Shown: piece by piece, positions 1-9,886 of the stretch
Position numbering within the stretch: the stretch's first letter is position 1
Layout: each line of letters opens with the position of its first letter
Origin: an uncultured Candidatus Rokubacteria bacterium
GTDB taxonomy: Bacteria; Methylomirabilota; Methylomirabilia; Rokubacteriales; CSP1-6
DNA: 64,000 nt
Direction of reading: 5' to 3'
NCBI GenBank assembly: GCA_963734175.1
Contig: CAVTGC010000004.1
Span: forward strand, 967,875 to 1,031,874
The notes under the pieces: model-generated
The model's database searches: none
Told to the model about the DNA's origin: nothing
Seen by the model: the letters and a program-made list of their open reading frames with translations, nothing else
Made by a program: the position numbers and the translations under genes

Positions 1-698
1 TGGCGCTGCACTCGCTCAGCCAGGCCGGCGAGGCGGGTGGCATCGAGGTGCCGGCGGTGCTGTTCGACTCGCTCGACGCCCGACAGATCGTCGAGCTGTT
101 CGTCACGATCAACGCCAAGCACACGCGGCTCAACCCCTCGCACATCATCAGCCTGGCCGGGCGCAAGCTCTACCCTGACCCCAACCAGGCCCTGGCCCAC
201 GACGTCATCCGCTCGCTCAACGAGGACGACACCTCGCCGCTGCACGGCGAGATCAAGATGCTCGGCACCGGCCGCGGCCGGGTGAGCCAGGCGCCGCTGG
301 CCGAGGAGATCGTCGACTTCCTGGAGACCGTCGAGAAGGTGGGCGGCGGGGCCAAGATCCAGGAGGTGCGCTCGCACGCCAAGCGCTTCTTCCTGAACTA
401 CATCAAGGCGCTGTCGACGACGTTCCCGACCGCCTGGGCCGGCCGCAAGTACTCGATCAAGACGGGTGCGGCCCTGCGCGCCTTCATCCGCACCGCCCCC
501 GACGTCATGGCCCGGGCTCGCGAGCTGCGCCGCGACGCCCACGACCTCAACGCCATCCGCGAGGCCATCAAGCCGTGGGGCGAGCGGCTGCGCGACCGGC
601 GCTTCGAGACCGAGGGCGAGTGGAAGCTGAAGCTCGCCGGCGGCACCCGGGGCACGGTCGACACGCTGAGCCGCGAGCTCCGCGACGCGCTCCGCTAG
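1..698 (+). CDS. 5'-truncated conserved hypothetical protein; tentatively ParB-fold DndB/DGQHR-like (family assignment uncertain)
   Basis: Frame-3 ORF with no stop back to base 1. It continues upstream of the window, and 48 is only the first in-frame ATG. The stop is TAG at 696-698. Residues such as '...QIVELFVTINAKHTRLNPSHIISLAG...' recall the FxxxN region of DndB/DGQHR proteins, recalled from memory. Confidence 0.5.
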   Translation, partial: ALHSLSQAGEAGGIEVPAVLFDSLDARQIVELFVTINAKHTRLNPSHIISLAGRKLYPDPNQALAHDVIRSLNEDDTSPLHGEIKMLGTGRGRVSQAPLAEEIVDFLETVEKVGGGAKIQEVRSHAKRFFLNYIKALSTTFPTAWAGRKYSIKTGAALRAFIRTAPDVMARARELRRDAHDLNAIREAIKPWGERLRDRRFETEGEWKLKLAGGTRGTVDTLSRELRDALR

Positions 699-787
699 CT
701 CGAGGACCGCGCCGCCCGCCTGAACGTTCTGCTCCGGCCCCCGACGCGCGCGACATCCTCCGCGAGCTGCGGGCGGCCGAGTCGCAG

Positions 788-3032
788 GTGGGCCGCTACA
801 CGGCCGCCGTCGAGGCGCTGGGGCGCGCCCGGCGGTTGCAGCCCGCGTCGATCGTCAACGACACCCTCCTCGCCGACCTACTCGTTCGCGCCGGCGACCA
901 CGCGGGTGGGATCGAGGCCGCCACCCGCGCCCGGACCCGGTTCGCGACGCAGCGGAGCTCGGACGATCCCTCGGCGCCGAACACGGCCGCGGTCGCCGAA
1001 GCCCTGATCGCCGACGCCGAGGGCCGGTGGGAGGAGGCCGAGGCCTACTGGCGCAAGGCTCTGGACCTGGTCACGCTCGCCTTCAGCACCCCGTCGATCC
1101 GCTCCGTGGAGCTGGGCGCCTCCGAGGACGTCACCCGGGCACGGCTGCGCGCCCGCGTCGCCGAGGCGCTCCGGCGGCAAGGGCGCGTGCTCGAGGCCGA
1201 GATCTTCGCGCGTGAGGCGCTGCAGGCGATGCTGGGCGTATTCGGGGCGTCGAACATCGAGACGGTCGAGGTCGTGAACGAGCTGGCGCTGGCCATTCTC
1301 GATCAGGGCCGCGCGGCCGACGCCGAGCTGCTTGCCCGGGCCGCGCTGGCCCGGCTGGACGCGATGGGAGCGCCGGCCGATGCGCCGATCCGTGCGCCCA
1401 GCCGGCTCACGCTGGTCCGCTCGCTACTGCCGCGGCGCCAGTGGGCCCACGCCGGGCGAGAGCTCGTCGCGCTCCGGGCGGGACTCGGCGACAATCGCGC
1501 GCTCTTCGATCGTGGTCTCGCCCTCGATCCCGACGTCCCGCTCACCCTGCTCCAGAGCGGCCAGGTCGACGAAGCGCTGGCGCTGGCGTCGGCGGGACAC
1601 CAGGCGCTGGCCGCGACCCAGGGGCCGACCGCCCTGGAGACCGCGCAGATGCAGGCCGTGCTCGCGCTGGCGCTGGGAGCCAAGGGCCGGGTGGCCGAAG
1701 CGCTCGCCGCGTTCCGGGAGGCGCTGCCGGTGCTGCTGGCGCGCGAGACGCAGCCGTCGGCGCCATCCCGACCGGGCAGGGCGCCGACTGGCGGCAGCCG
1801 ATCTTCATCGAGGGCTACGTGGCCCTCCTGGCCCGGAGCGCCGGGACCGCGGTGGAGCGACAGGCCGGGATCGACGCCGCCGCCGAGGCGTTTCGCGTTG
1901 CCGACCTGGCGCGGGCCGGCGCCGTCCAGCGCGCGCTCACCGCCAACGCCGTCCGCGCCGCCTCGCGCACACCGGAGCTGGCCGATCTGGTCCGGCGGGA
2001 GCAGGACGCGCACGCGCAGTCCCTCGCCCTGCTCGGCCAGGTGGCCGACGCCACGCTCGCGCGGGTGGCGGACAAGGACGCCGACGGCAAGCCCAGGTCC
2101 GCGGATCAGATCAAGGAAGCGGCGGCGGCGCGCATCAAGCAGATCGCCGACCTGAAACAGAAGGTCGCCGACCTCACCGTGGCCCGCCGGACGCTCCGCG
2201 GGGAGATCGAGCGGCGGTTCCCCGACTACGCGGCCCTGGTGACGCCCCGCCCGGTGCCGGTCGACGAGGCCCGCCGCGCCCTGCGCGCGGGTGAGGTACT
2301 CCTCGCGTTCCTGAGCGGCGAGGACCGCACCTGGGTGTGGGCGGTGCCGCGCGAGGGCGCCGTGAGCTTCACCGCCGCCCCGCTCGGTCGCGAGCAGCTC
2401 GGCGCTCTCGTGGCCAGGCTGCGGCGCGGCACCGCCCTCGCGGAGGCGGCGACGCTCGACGACGTCCCGGTCTTCGACGTCGCCGCCGCCCACGAGCTGT
2501 ATCGGGTGCTCCTCGAGCCCGTGGCTGCCGCCTGGCAGAGCGCGCGGACGCTGGTGGTGGCGCCCCACGGCCCGCTTGGCCTCGTCCCGTTGTCGATGCT
2601 GGCGACGGCGCCGCCGCCGGCCCGGCCGGCGGGCGGCCCGCGCTTCTCGGAATATCGCGGGGTCCGCTGGCTCGCGCGGACCCACGCGGTGACGACGGCG
2701 CCGTCCGTCGCCTCGCTGGTGGCGGTGCGTCGCCTGGCGGCCGCGAGCGCGTCGAGCGAGGTGATGGCGGGACTGGGGCGCGCGGCCTTCTACGCCGGCG
2801 CCCGGGCACTGCTGGTGAGCCACTGGGCCGTCGAGTCGGTGTCGGCACGACTGCTGACGACGGGCCTCTTCGAGCGCCAGCGCACCAGCCCCGAGCTGAC
2901 GCGCGCCGAGGCGCTACGCCAGTCGATGCTCGCGCTGATCGACGGCGCACCGATCCCGCTCGGCCGCCGACCCACAGCCTCGCGCACCCCGCGTTCTGGG
3001 CGCCCTTCGTCCCCGTCGGCGCCGGCGGCTAG
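788..3032 (+). pseudogene. TPR-repeat + CHAT-domain (caspase-like) protein, disrupted by two frameshifts
   Basis: An N-terminal helical-repeat part lies in the frame of ORF 575..2155. The CHAT core lies in the frame of ORF 1441..3588, with the 'LVVAPHGPLGLVPLSML' His box and the 'ALLVSHWAVES' motif. The canonical C-terminus 'HPAFWAPFVPVGAGG*' lies in the frame of ORF 2337..3032. The frame switches fall at about 1740-1760 and about 2950-2975. The start codon is uncertain; the first in-frame GTG after the upstream stop is at 788. Confidence 0.6.
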
Positions 3033-3673
3033 ATCAAGTCCAGCACGGCGGCCGCGATCTTCTCGGGGAGCTGGCGGTCGCGCCGGGCCGTGCCCCAGCC
3101 CAGGTCGTGACCGCCGGCGACCGCCACCAGCGCGGTGCGGACGGGGACGAGCGCGCGCGCCCGCGCCAGCTCCTCGGTGGTGGCGAAGGGGTCGGTGGCG
3201 CCGTGGACGAAGACGGTCGGGGTGCGCAGACGCGGCAGGTGGTCGACGCGGAGCCGCTCGGGCTGCCCGGGCGGGTGTAACGGATAGGACTGGAGCAGCA
3301 GCGCGGCGGCGAGGGCGGGATCGTCCGCGAGCAGCATCGAGGCCATGCGGCCGCCGTAGGAGTGGCCACCGAGGAAGAGGCGGCCGCCGAGCCGCGCGCG
3401 CAGCACGCCGAGGGCGGCGCGCAGGCCCTCGCGATCGCGAGCGGCCCCGGCCGGCGACGGCGCGCCCCGCGGCCGGGCCTGGCGATACGGCAGATCGCAG
3501 CGCAGCACGCTCACGCCCCGCGCCGCGAACGCCGCCGCCACCGCCACCAGCAGCGGGGCGTCCCGGTTGCCGCCGGCGCCGTGCGTGAGGACCAGACCGT
3601 CGGCACCGGGCGCGGCGTGCAGCACGCCCCGGACGGACGGATCTCCGTCGACCTCGATGCGCTCGAGCCCCAC
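3029..3673 (-). CDS. alpha/beta-fold hydrolase (COG3571-like predicted hydrolase)
   Basis: Has 'GGHSYGG' nucleophile-elbow and 'LVLTHGAGG' motifs. The Arg/Pro-rich N-terminal extension in the ORF track is rejected. A GTG start is taken at 3671-3673. Confidence 0.7.
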   Translation of the reverse strand: MGLERIEVDGDPSVRGVLHAAPGADGLVLTHGAGGNRDAPLLVAVAAAFAARGVSVLRCDLPYRQARPRGAPSPAGAARDREGLRAALGVLRARLGGRLFLGGHSYGGRMASMLLADDPALAAALLLQSYPLHPPGQPERLRVDHLPRLRTPTVFVHGATDPFATTEELARARALVPVRTALVAVAGGHDLGWGTARRDRQLPEKIAAAVLDLI

Positions 3674-3681
3674 GGCCGCGC

Positions 3682-4578
3682 TCAGCGGCTGGAGGGCGGG
3701 GAGGCGGGCAGGATCGCCGAGGCCGACTTCGACGCGGGATCGCGCCGCGGCCAGCGGCCGGAGTCGACGGCGGTGAGGAAGTCGAGCACGGCCCGGTTGA
3801 ACAGGTCGGGCTCCTCGAGATTGATCGCGTGGCCGGTGTTCGGGATCACGACCAGGCCGGCGCCGCGGATCTTGCGCTTCATGAAGAGCGCCGGCTCCAG
3901 GCACGGCTCGTCCTCGTCGCCGGTCATGATCAGCGTGGGCACGTCGAGCTTCGTCAGCTTGTCCTCCAGCTCGAAGATCGACGGCCGCCGCCGCTGCACC
4001 CCGCGCATGGTGTTGGCGTGGCCGAGCGCGGAGCCGGCCGCGAACCGGTCGTAGAACTCCTGCCAGCCGACGGGGTCCTTGGCGATGAACTGCACGCGCG
4101 TCGGCCCCCGCGTGTAGAACTCCGCCACCTTGGCCATGCCGCCGTCGAACTGCGCGATGACGAGGTCGGTGTCGCGGTGGAAGGCCGCGCGGTCGGTGCT
4201 GACGCTGCCGTAGCCGGCCCCGCCCACGGTGAGCGACAGCGCGCGCTCGGGGAACATGAGGCCGAAGTGCAGGGTCGCGTAACCGCCCATCGACAGCCCG
4301 ATGACGTGGGCCCGGGGGAGCCCGAGGTGGTCGAGGATCGCCTTGATGTCCTCGGCGGCCTGGGCCTGCGAGTAGCGCTCGGGGTCGGCCGGCACGTCGG
4401 AGGGTGGGTAGCCCCGCGCGTTGAAGGCCACCGTGCGGTAGCGCCGGGCGAAGAACTTCACCTGGGCGGCCCAGCCCTTGACGTCGTCGGCGAACTCGTG
4501 GACGAGGACGATCGGCGTGCCCTGCCCGACCTCCTCGTAGTACAGCTTGACGCCGTCGGGAGTGCTGGCGTGGGGCAT
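3682..4578 (-). CDS. alpha/beta hydrolase
   Basis: ATG is at 4576-4578, just downstream of the greA stop. Has a 'GLSMGG' nucleophile elbow and is 298 aa. Confidence 0.8.
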   Translation of the reverse strand: MPHASTPDGVKLYYEEVGQGTPIVLVHEFADDVKGWAAQVKFFARRYRTVAFNARGYPPSDVPADPERYSQAQAAEDIKAILDHLGLPRAHVIGLSMGGYATLHFGLMFPERALSLTVGGAGYGSVSTDRAAFHRDTDLVIAQFDGGMAKVAEFYTRGPTRVQFIAKDPVGWQEFYDRFAAGSALGHANTMRGVQRRRPSIFELEDKLTKLDVPTLIMTGDEDEPCLEPALFMKRKIRGAGLVVIPNTGHAINLEEPDLFNRAVLDFLTAVDSGRWPRRDPASKSASAILPASPPSSR

Positions 4579-4585
4579 CAGTCGG

Positions 4586-5067
4586 TCACTCGCTCCAGGG
4601 AAAGTTGACTTCCAGGATGTCGAACGTCTTCTTGCCGTTGGGCAGCTGAGCGGTAACGGTGTCGCCGACGCGCTTGCCGATGAGCGTGCGGGCCAGCGGG
4701 GCCAGCACCGAGATGAGCCCCGGGCCGGGGTCGCCTCGTCGGAGCCGACGATCCAGTAGCGGACCTCCTTGCCCGCCTCGTCTTCCAGACGCACGGTGGA
4801 GGCGAACGTGATCCGATCGCCGCCGATGGGCGTGTCGATCACCTCGGCGGCGCCCACCTTGCCGTCCAGCTCGTTGATCCGCCCCTCGGTGAAGCTCTGC
4901 TTCTCGCGGGCCGCGTGGTACTCCGCGTTCTCGGAGAGGTCGCCGTGGGCCCGCGCCTCGGCGATGGCCTTGATGATGGCGGGGCGCTCGACGCGCTTGA
5001 GCCGTTCCAGTTCTTCCTTGAGCTTGTCGTAGCCCGCCCGGGTCATCGGGGTCCGCGGCACTGCCAT
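4586..5067 (-). CDS. greA: transcription elongation factor GreA (apparent 1-nt frameshift near 4718-4730)
   Basis: The N-terminal part '[24 protein letters not shown]...[13 protein letters not shown]' is in the frame of ORF 3682..5067. The C-terminal part '[38 protein letters not shown]' is in the frame of ORF 4586..5083. The junction sits in a ccccgggccgggg run. Confidence 0.75.
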
Positions 5068-5114
5068 GCGGGTAACTTAACACGGGCCCTGGAATGCGCT
5101 AGGCTTGGTGGACC

Positions 5115-6434
5115 TTGAGGGCTTCCGTGGTCCGGCTCCTGTGTCTGCTCGTGCCGGCCCTGCTCGCGTTCACCGGCTGCAACCGAACCCAGGCGGAGAC
5201 CGCCAAGCCGGCGCCGGGCAGTGCCACGCCCGCCCTCCGCTCGATCGCGGTCAACGTCACCCCCGCCCAGTCGCGCCCGGTGCAGCGAACCGTGGAGACG
5301 AGCGGCAGCATGCTGGCCGCCGACGAGGTGCAGGCCAAGTCCGAGCAGCCGGGGACGCTGGCCCGCCTGCACGTGGACCTCGGCGACCGCGTCGCCGCCG
5401 GCGCCGTGCTGGCCGACTACGATCGCCGCGAGTTCCAGCTCGCGGTGGACCAGGCCCAGGCCGATCTCGGCGCCGCCCAGCAAGCACTGGCCCGGGCCCG
5501 GGCCACCGCGGTGGCCAGCGAGGCGATGCTCAAGCGCACGCGCGACTCGCTGCCGGTGCTGGAGGCCGACGTGGCGCGGGCGGAGTCGCAGTTCGCGTTC
5601 ATGCGCTCGGAGATGGAGCGCACGCAGCAGCTGCACGCGCGCGAGCTGGTCGCCGCTCGCGACGTCGACAACGCGCGCAACCAGCTCAACATCGCCGCCG
5701 CCCAGGCCGCCAGCGCCCGCACGATGGCCGCGCAGTTCCCCGATCAGGTGCGGACGGCCGACGCCCAGTACGGCTCCGACCTTGCCGCCGTGCGGGCCGC
5801 CGAGTCCCAGGTCAAGCAGCGGGAGGCCGCGCTCGGCCTGGTCCAGAAGCGGCTCGGCGACACGACGGTGCGGGCCTCGCTGGCCGGCCTCGTCGCCAAG
5901 CGCCACGTCTCGGCCGGCGAGTACGTGAAGGAGAACACGCCGCTCTTCACCATCGTGGTGGCCAACCCGCTCAAGTACGTGGGCACGGTGCCGGAGCGGC
6001 AGGCGCCCGAGCTCAAGCCGGGTCAGACGCTGCGCCTCGGTGTGGAGGCCTTCGGCGACCGTGCGTTCGCCGGCACCGTCACCCGGGTCTCGCCCGCCGT
6101 CGACGTCGTCACCCGCACGCTCACGGTCGAGGCCCGCGTCCCCAACGGTGACGGCACGCTCCGGCCCGGCTTCTTCGCGAAGGGCCACGTGCTCGTCCGC
6201 GAGGATGCGGCGGCGGTCTTCGTGCCGAGCGAGGCGGTGACCTCGATCGCCGGCATCACCAAGGTGTTCGTCATCGTCAACGGCAAGGCCGTCGAGCGCC
6301 TCGTGAAGCCGGGGACGCGCCAGGGCACCTGGGTCGAGATTCCCGACGGGGTGAAGGCCGGCGAGACGGTGGCCATCACCAACCTGGCGGCGCTGTTCAA
6401 CGGCGCCCCGGTCGATGCCGCCGCGGCTCGCTAG
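5115..6434 (+). CDS. RND efflux periplasmic adaptor subunit (HlyD/MFP family), lipoprotein
   Basis: Has the signal 'LLAFTGC' with a lipobox Cys, coiled-coil and beta-barrel MFP regions. The stop overlaps the start of the next gene. Confidence 0.9.
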   Translation: MRASVVRLLCLLVPALLAFTGCNRTQAETAKPAPGSATPALRSIAVNVTPAQSRPVQRTVETSGSMLAADEVQAKSEQPGTLARLHVDLGDRVAAGAVLADYDRREFQLAVDQAQADLGAAQQALARARATAVASEAMLKRTRDSLPVLEADVARAESQFAFMRSEMERTQQLHARELVAARDVDNARNQLNIAAAQAASARTMAAQFPDQVRTADAQYGSDLAAVRAAESQVKQREAALGLVQKRLGDTTVRASLAGLVAKRHVSAGEYVKENTPLFTIVVANPLKYVGTVPERQAPELKPGQTLRLGVEAFGDRAFAGTVTRVSPAVDVVTRTLTVEARVPNGDGTLRPGFFAKGHVLVREDAAAVFVPSEAVTSIAGITKVFVIVNGKAVERLVKPGTRQGTWVEIPDGVKAGETVAITNLAALFNGAPVDAAAAR

Positions 6435-9400
6435 TGCTCGAGGTCTTCGTCCGGCGACCCGTCTTCACCACGATGCTGCTGGTGTCGCTGGTCGTCCTCG
6501 GGCTCGCGTCGTTCGTGCAGCTCGGGGTGGACATCTTCCCCAAGGTCGATCTGCCCACGATCACGATCACGACGCGGTTGCCGGGAGCCTCGCCGGAGGA
6601 GATCGAGAGCCAGATCACCAAGCCGCTCGAGGAGGTCATCAACACGATCGCGGGGCTCGACGAGCTGCGGTCGAGCACGATCGAGGGGCAGTCGCAGGTG
6701 TTCGCCACCTTCGTCCTCGAGCGCAACGTGCAGGAAGCGGCCAACGACGTGCGGGAGAAGGTCGGCACCGTGCTGGGCAGCCTGCCGGCCGGCACCGAAT
6801 CGCCGATCATCGAGAAGGTCGATCCGGACTCCTCGCCGGTCCTGGCCGTGGTCGTCTCCGGCCAGCGCTCGCAGCGCGAGATCACCGAGATCGCCGACAA
6901 GCGCATCAAGCGTCAGCTGGAGACGGTGAAGGACGTCGGCGCGCTGACGCTGATCGGCGCCCGCAAGCGCGAGATCCAGGTGCTGGCCGATCCGAACCGG
7001 CTGAACGCCTACGGGCTGTCGATCCAGCAGCTCAAGGACGCGCTGGGGCGCCAGAACGTCGAGATCCCGGGCGGGCGACTCACCGGCGGCTCCCGGGAAG
7101 AAGGCGTGCGCACGCTCGGGCGCATCGAGTCGCCCGAGGGGTTCGAGGAGCTGATCGTCGCCGACCGCCAGACCGGTCCCGTGCGGGTCCGCGACGTGGC
7201 GGTGGTCGTCGACGCCGAGGAGGAGCCGCGCACGCTGGCCCGGCTGAACGGCCGCAACGCGGTCTCGCTGGTCATCCGCAAGCAGTCGGGCACCAACACG
7301 GTCGCCGTCGTCGATCGTCTGAAGGCCAAGCTGGACGAGATCCAGAAGGGCCTGCCCCAGGACATCAAGTTCGACATCGTGCGCGACCTCTCCCGCTTCA
7401 TCAAACGCTCGTTCCACGAGGTCCAGGACCATCTGCTGCTGGGCGGGCTGCTGGCCAGCCTGATCGTGGCCGTCTTCATCGGCAACCTCGTGCTGTGGGA
7501 GGGGCTGGCGGTGGCGGCCATCGCCGGCACCGTGGCCGTCACCTTCGTCGTCGCCGACACCGAGACGCTGCTCAAGGTGACCGGGGCGGCCATCGTCGTC
7601 ACCATGATCTTCTTCGCGTCGGTGCGGAAGCTGCGGCCGGCCTTCGTGGCCGCGCTGGCCATTCCGACCTCGATCATCGCCACCTTCCTGGCCATGCGCA
7701 TGGCCGGCTTCACCCTCAACAACCTCACGATGCTGGGGCTGTCGCTGTCGACCGGCATCGTGATCGACGACGCCATCATCGTGCTCGAGAACATCTTCCG
7801 GCACACCGAGGAGGAAGGCCGGTCGCCCTTCGAGGCCGCCATCGTGGGCACGCGCGAGATCGCGCTGGCGGTGACCGCCACCACCATCTCGCTCGTCGTC
7901 ATCTTCCTGCCGGTGGCGTTCATGGGCGGGCTGGTCGGCAAGTTCTGGAACTCGTTCGGCCTCACCGCCACCTTCGCGATCATGGTCTCGCTGGTGGTGG
8001 CCTTCACGCTCACGCCCATGCTGGCCGCCCGCGTCTTCCAGGCGGCGCCGGCCCGACCGCCCGGCGGCGGCCACGGCGGCTCCGCCTCCAAGGACTCCCG
8101 CGTCTACGCCGCCGTGGAGGCGGTCTACGAACGGCTGCTGGAGTGGTGCCTGCGCCGCCGCTGGATCGTGGTGGCGCTGGCGGCCGGCATCATGGTGTCG
8201 GGATGGTTCCTGCTCACCAACTCCCGGCTCGACTTCGTCGTGGACGACGACATGAGCGAGTTCGAGGTGGTGGCCGAGTCGCCGCCGGGCTCGTCCCTGG
8301 AGCGCACCGGCGAGATGATCGCCCAGATGGAGGAGGCCATCCGCGCCATCCCCGAGGTGGTCACGACCTTCTCGACCGCCGGCGTGCGCGGGCAGTTCCA
8401 GTCCGCGGTCTCCGACGTCTCCATCTACGTCGGCCTCAAGCACCTGACCCAGCGCGCCCGGACCCAGGACGACATCAAGCAGGAGGTGCGCCGGCGCCTG
8501 GCCGTGTTCCCCGGCACCCGGGTCAGCGTGCAGCAGATCAACCTCATCAGCGGCGGTGGCTTCCGGCAGACGCCCTTCAACCTGACGCTGCGCGGTCCCG
8601 ACCTCGCCAAGCTCGAGGTCTACGCCAGCGCCGTCGTCCGCGACCTCGCCACCAGGCCCGGCTTCGTCGACACCGACACCGCCCAGGCCTACCGCCAGCC
8701 CGAGGTCCAGGTGCGCGTCGACCGCCACAAGGCCTCCGACCTCGGCGTGCGCGTCGACGCGGTGGCCTCGACGCTGCGGACCATGGTAGGCGGCGAGAAG
8801 GTCGGCTTCTTCCGGGAGCTGGGCGAGCAGTACGACGTGCGGCTGCGGCTCAAGGAGGAGTTCCGGGCCCGGCCCGACACTCTGGCCCACCTGTACGTGC
8901 CGGCCCGCGACGGGCTCGTCAAGCTCTCCAACCTGGCCGTCCTCGAGAACGGCACCAGCCCCGGCCAGATCGAGCGGCTGGCCCAGGAGCGCTCGATCAC
9001 GGTCATCTCCAACCTCTACGACATGCCGCTGGCCAGCGCCCTGCGCGAGGCGTTCGCCTCGGTGGCCAAGCAGCAGATGCCGCCCGAGTACGGCATCGTC
9101 ACCACCGGGCGCGGCAAGCTCATGCAGGAGGCGATCTTCAACTTCCTGGTCGCGCTGGTGCTGTCGCTGGCCTTCATCTACATCGTGCTGGCCGCCCAGT
9201 TCGAGTCGTTCATCCATCCCGTGACGATCATGGTCTCGATGTTCCTGTCGATCCCGTTCGGCCTGCTCACGTTGCTGGTGCTGGGCAAGACGCTGAACAT
9301 CTACTCGATCATGGGCCTGTTCCTGCTGATGGGCGTGGTGAAGAAGAACGCCATTCTGCAGGTCGACTACACCAACGTGCTGCGGGCGCGCGGCCTGCCC

Positions 9401-9733
9401 CGCCACGAGGCGCAGATGCAGGCCGACCGGGCCCGGCTGCGTCCGATCCTCATGACGACGCTGGCCATCATCGCCGGCATGCTCCCGGTGGCCCTCGGCC
9501 GCGGCGACGGCGCCGCCTCCCGGGCCTCGCTGGCGCTGGTCGTCGTGGGCGGCCAGGCGCTGTGTCTGCTGGTGACGCTGGTGGTGACGCCGGTCATCTA
9601 CTCGATGTTCGACGACCTCAGCGGGCTGCGCGCCTTCGCGCGCGTCCGCTTCCCGCGCCTGCGCCGCGCGTGGACCACGCGTCGGCTCGGCGCCCCCCCG
9701 CTTCGCCCTTCCGATTCTCCGGCCCCGCACTAA
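6434..9733 (+). CDS. RND multidrug efflux transporter permease (AcrB/AcrD/AcrF family)
   Basis: 1099 aa with a 12-TM architecture and an N-terminus typical of HAE1 RND pumps. The GTG start overlaps the adaptor gene's stop. Confidence 0.9.
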   Translation: MLEVFVRRPVFTTMLLVSLVVLGLASFVQLGVDIFPKVDLPTITITTRLPGASPEEIESQITKPLEEVINTIAGLDELRSSTIEGQSQVFATFVLERNVQEAANDVREKVGTVLGSLPAGTESPIIEKVDPDSSPVLAVVVSGQRSQREITEIADKRIKRQLETVKDVGALTLIGARKREIQVLADPNRLNAYGLSIQQLKDALGRQNVEIPGGRLTGGSREEGVRTLGRIESPEGFEELIVADRQTGPVRVRDVAVVVDAEEEPRTLARLNGRNAVSLVIRKQSGTNTVAVVDRLKAKLDEIQKGLPQDIKFDIVRDLSRFIKRSFHEVQDHLLLGGLLASLIVAVFIGNLVLWEGLAVAAIAGTVAVTFVVADTETLLKVTGAAIVVTMIFFASVRKLRPAFVAALAIPTSIIATFLAMRMAGFTLNNLTMLGLSLSTGIVIDDAIIVLENIFRHTEEEGRSPFEAAIVGTREIALAVTATTISLVVIFLPVAFMGGLVGKFWNSFGLTATFAIMVSLVVAFTLTPMLAARVFQAAPARPPGGGHGGSASKDSRVYAAVEAVYERLLEWCLRRRWIVVALAAGIMVSGWFLLTNSRLDFVVDDDMSEFEVVAESPPGSSLERTGEMIAQMEEAIRAIPEVVTTFSTAGVRGQFQSAVSDVSIYVGLKHLTQRARTQDDIKQEVRRRLAVFPGTRVSVQQINLISGGGFRQTPFNLTLRGPDLAKLEVYASAVVRDLATRPGFVDTDTAQAYRQPEVQVRVDRHKASDLGVRVDAVASTLRTMVGGEKVGFFRELGEQYDVRLRLKEEFRARPDTLAHLYVPARDGLVKLSNLAVLENGTSPGQIERLAQERSITVISNLYDMPLASALREAFASVAKQQMPPEYGIVTTGRGKLMQEAIFNFLVALVLSLAFIYIVLAAQFESFIHPVTIMVSMFLSIPFGLLTLLVLGKTLNIYSIMGLFLLMGVVKKNAILQVDYTNVLRARGLPRHEAQMQADRARLRPILMTTLAIIAGMLPVALGRGDGAASRASLALVVVGGQALCLLVTLVVTPVIYSMFDDLSGLRAFARVRFPRLRRAWTTRRLGAPPLRPSDSPAPH

Positions 9734-9766
9734 GCTCCTCGCGACCGATCTGCACTTGCCTTCACA

Positions 9767-9835
9767 ACAAGGAGCCCCAGCGCGCTCAGCAAGGCGCGTG
9801 CCCGTGATCGTGGTGGCGGGCACCTTGCTCCTTTG
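9767..9835 (+). terminator. imperfect GC-rich stem-loop downstream of the RND operon (candidate terminator)
   Basis: The arm cagcaaggcgcgtgccc (9787-9803) pairs with gggcaccttgctc (9818-9830). An outer caaggagc/gctcctttg pairing adds to it, followed by only a short T-run. Confidence 0.3.
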
Positions 9836-9886
9836 TAGACCTCGATTCGCGCGACGCACGCAGGGCGCGCGGACGGGAGGATTTAC

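Noticed and set aside
1303-2823. Long antisense ORFs with Arg/Pro/Gly/Ala-rich translations. Examples are 1303..2823 (minus), 5043..6188 (minus), 6431..9859 (minus, 1142 aa), 21827..24679 (minus, 950 aa) and 37284..40445 (plus, 1053 aa).
   Set aside because: At about 70% GC, stop codons are rare in every frame. These ORFs lie opposite or out of frame relative to genes with clear family motifs, and their composition is low-complexity. They were treated as non-coding artefacts.
3674-3904. N-terminal 80-aa extension of the hydrolase ORF 3029..3904 ('[28 protein letters not shown]...').
   Set aside because: The Arg/Pro-rich extension overlaps the C-terminus of the upstream hydrolase in another frame. 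The conserved hydrolase fold begins near the internal GTG at 3671-3673.
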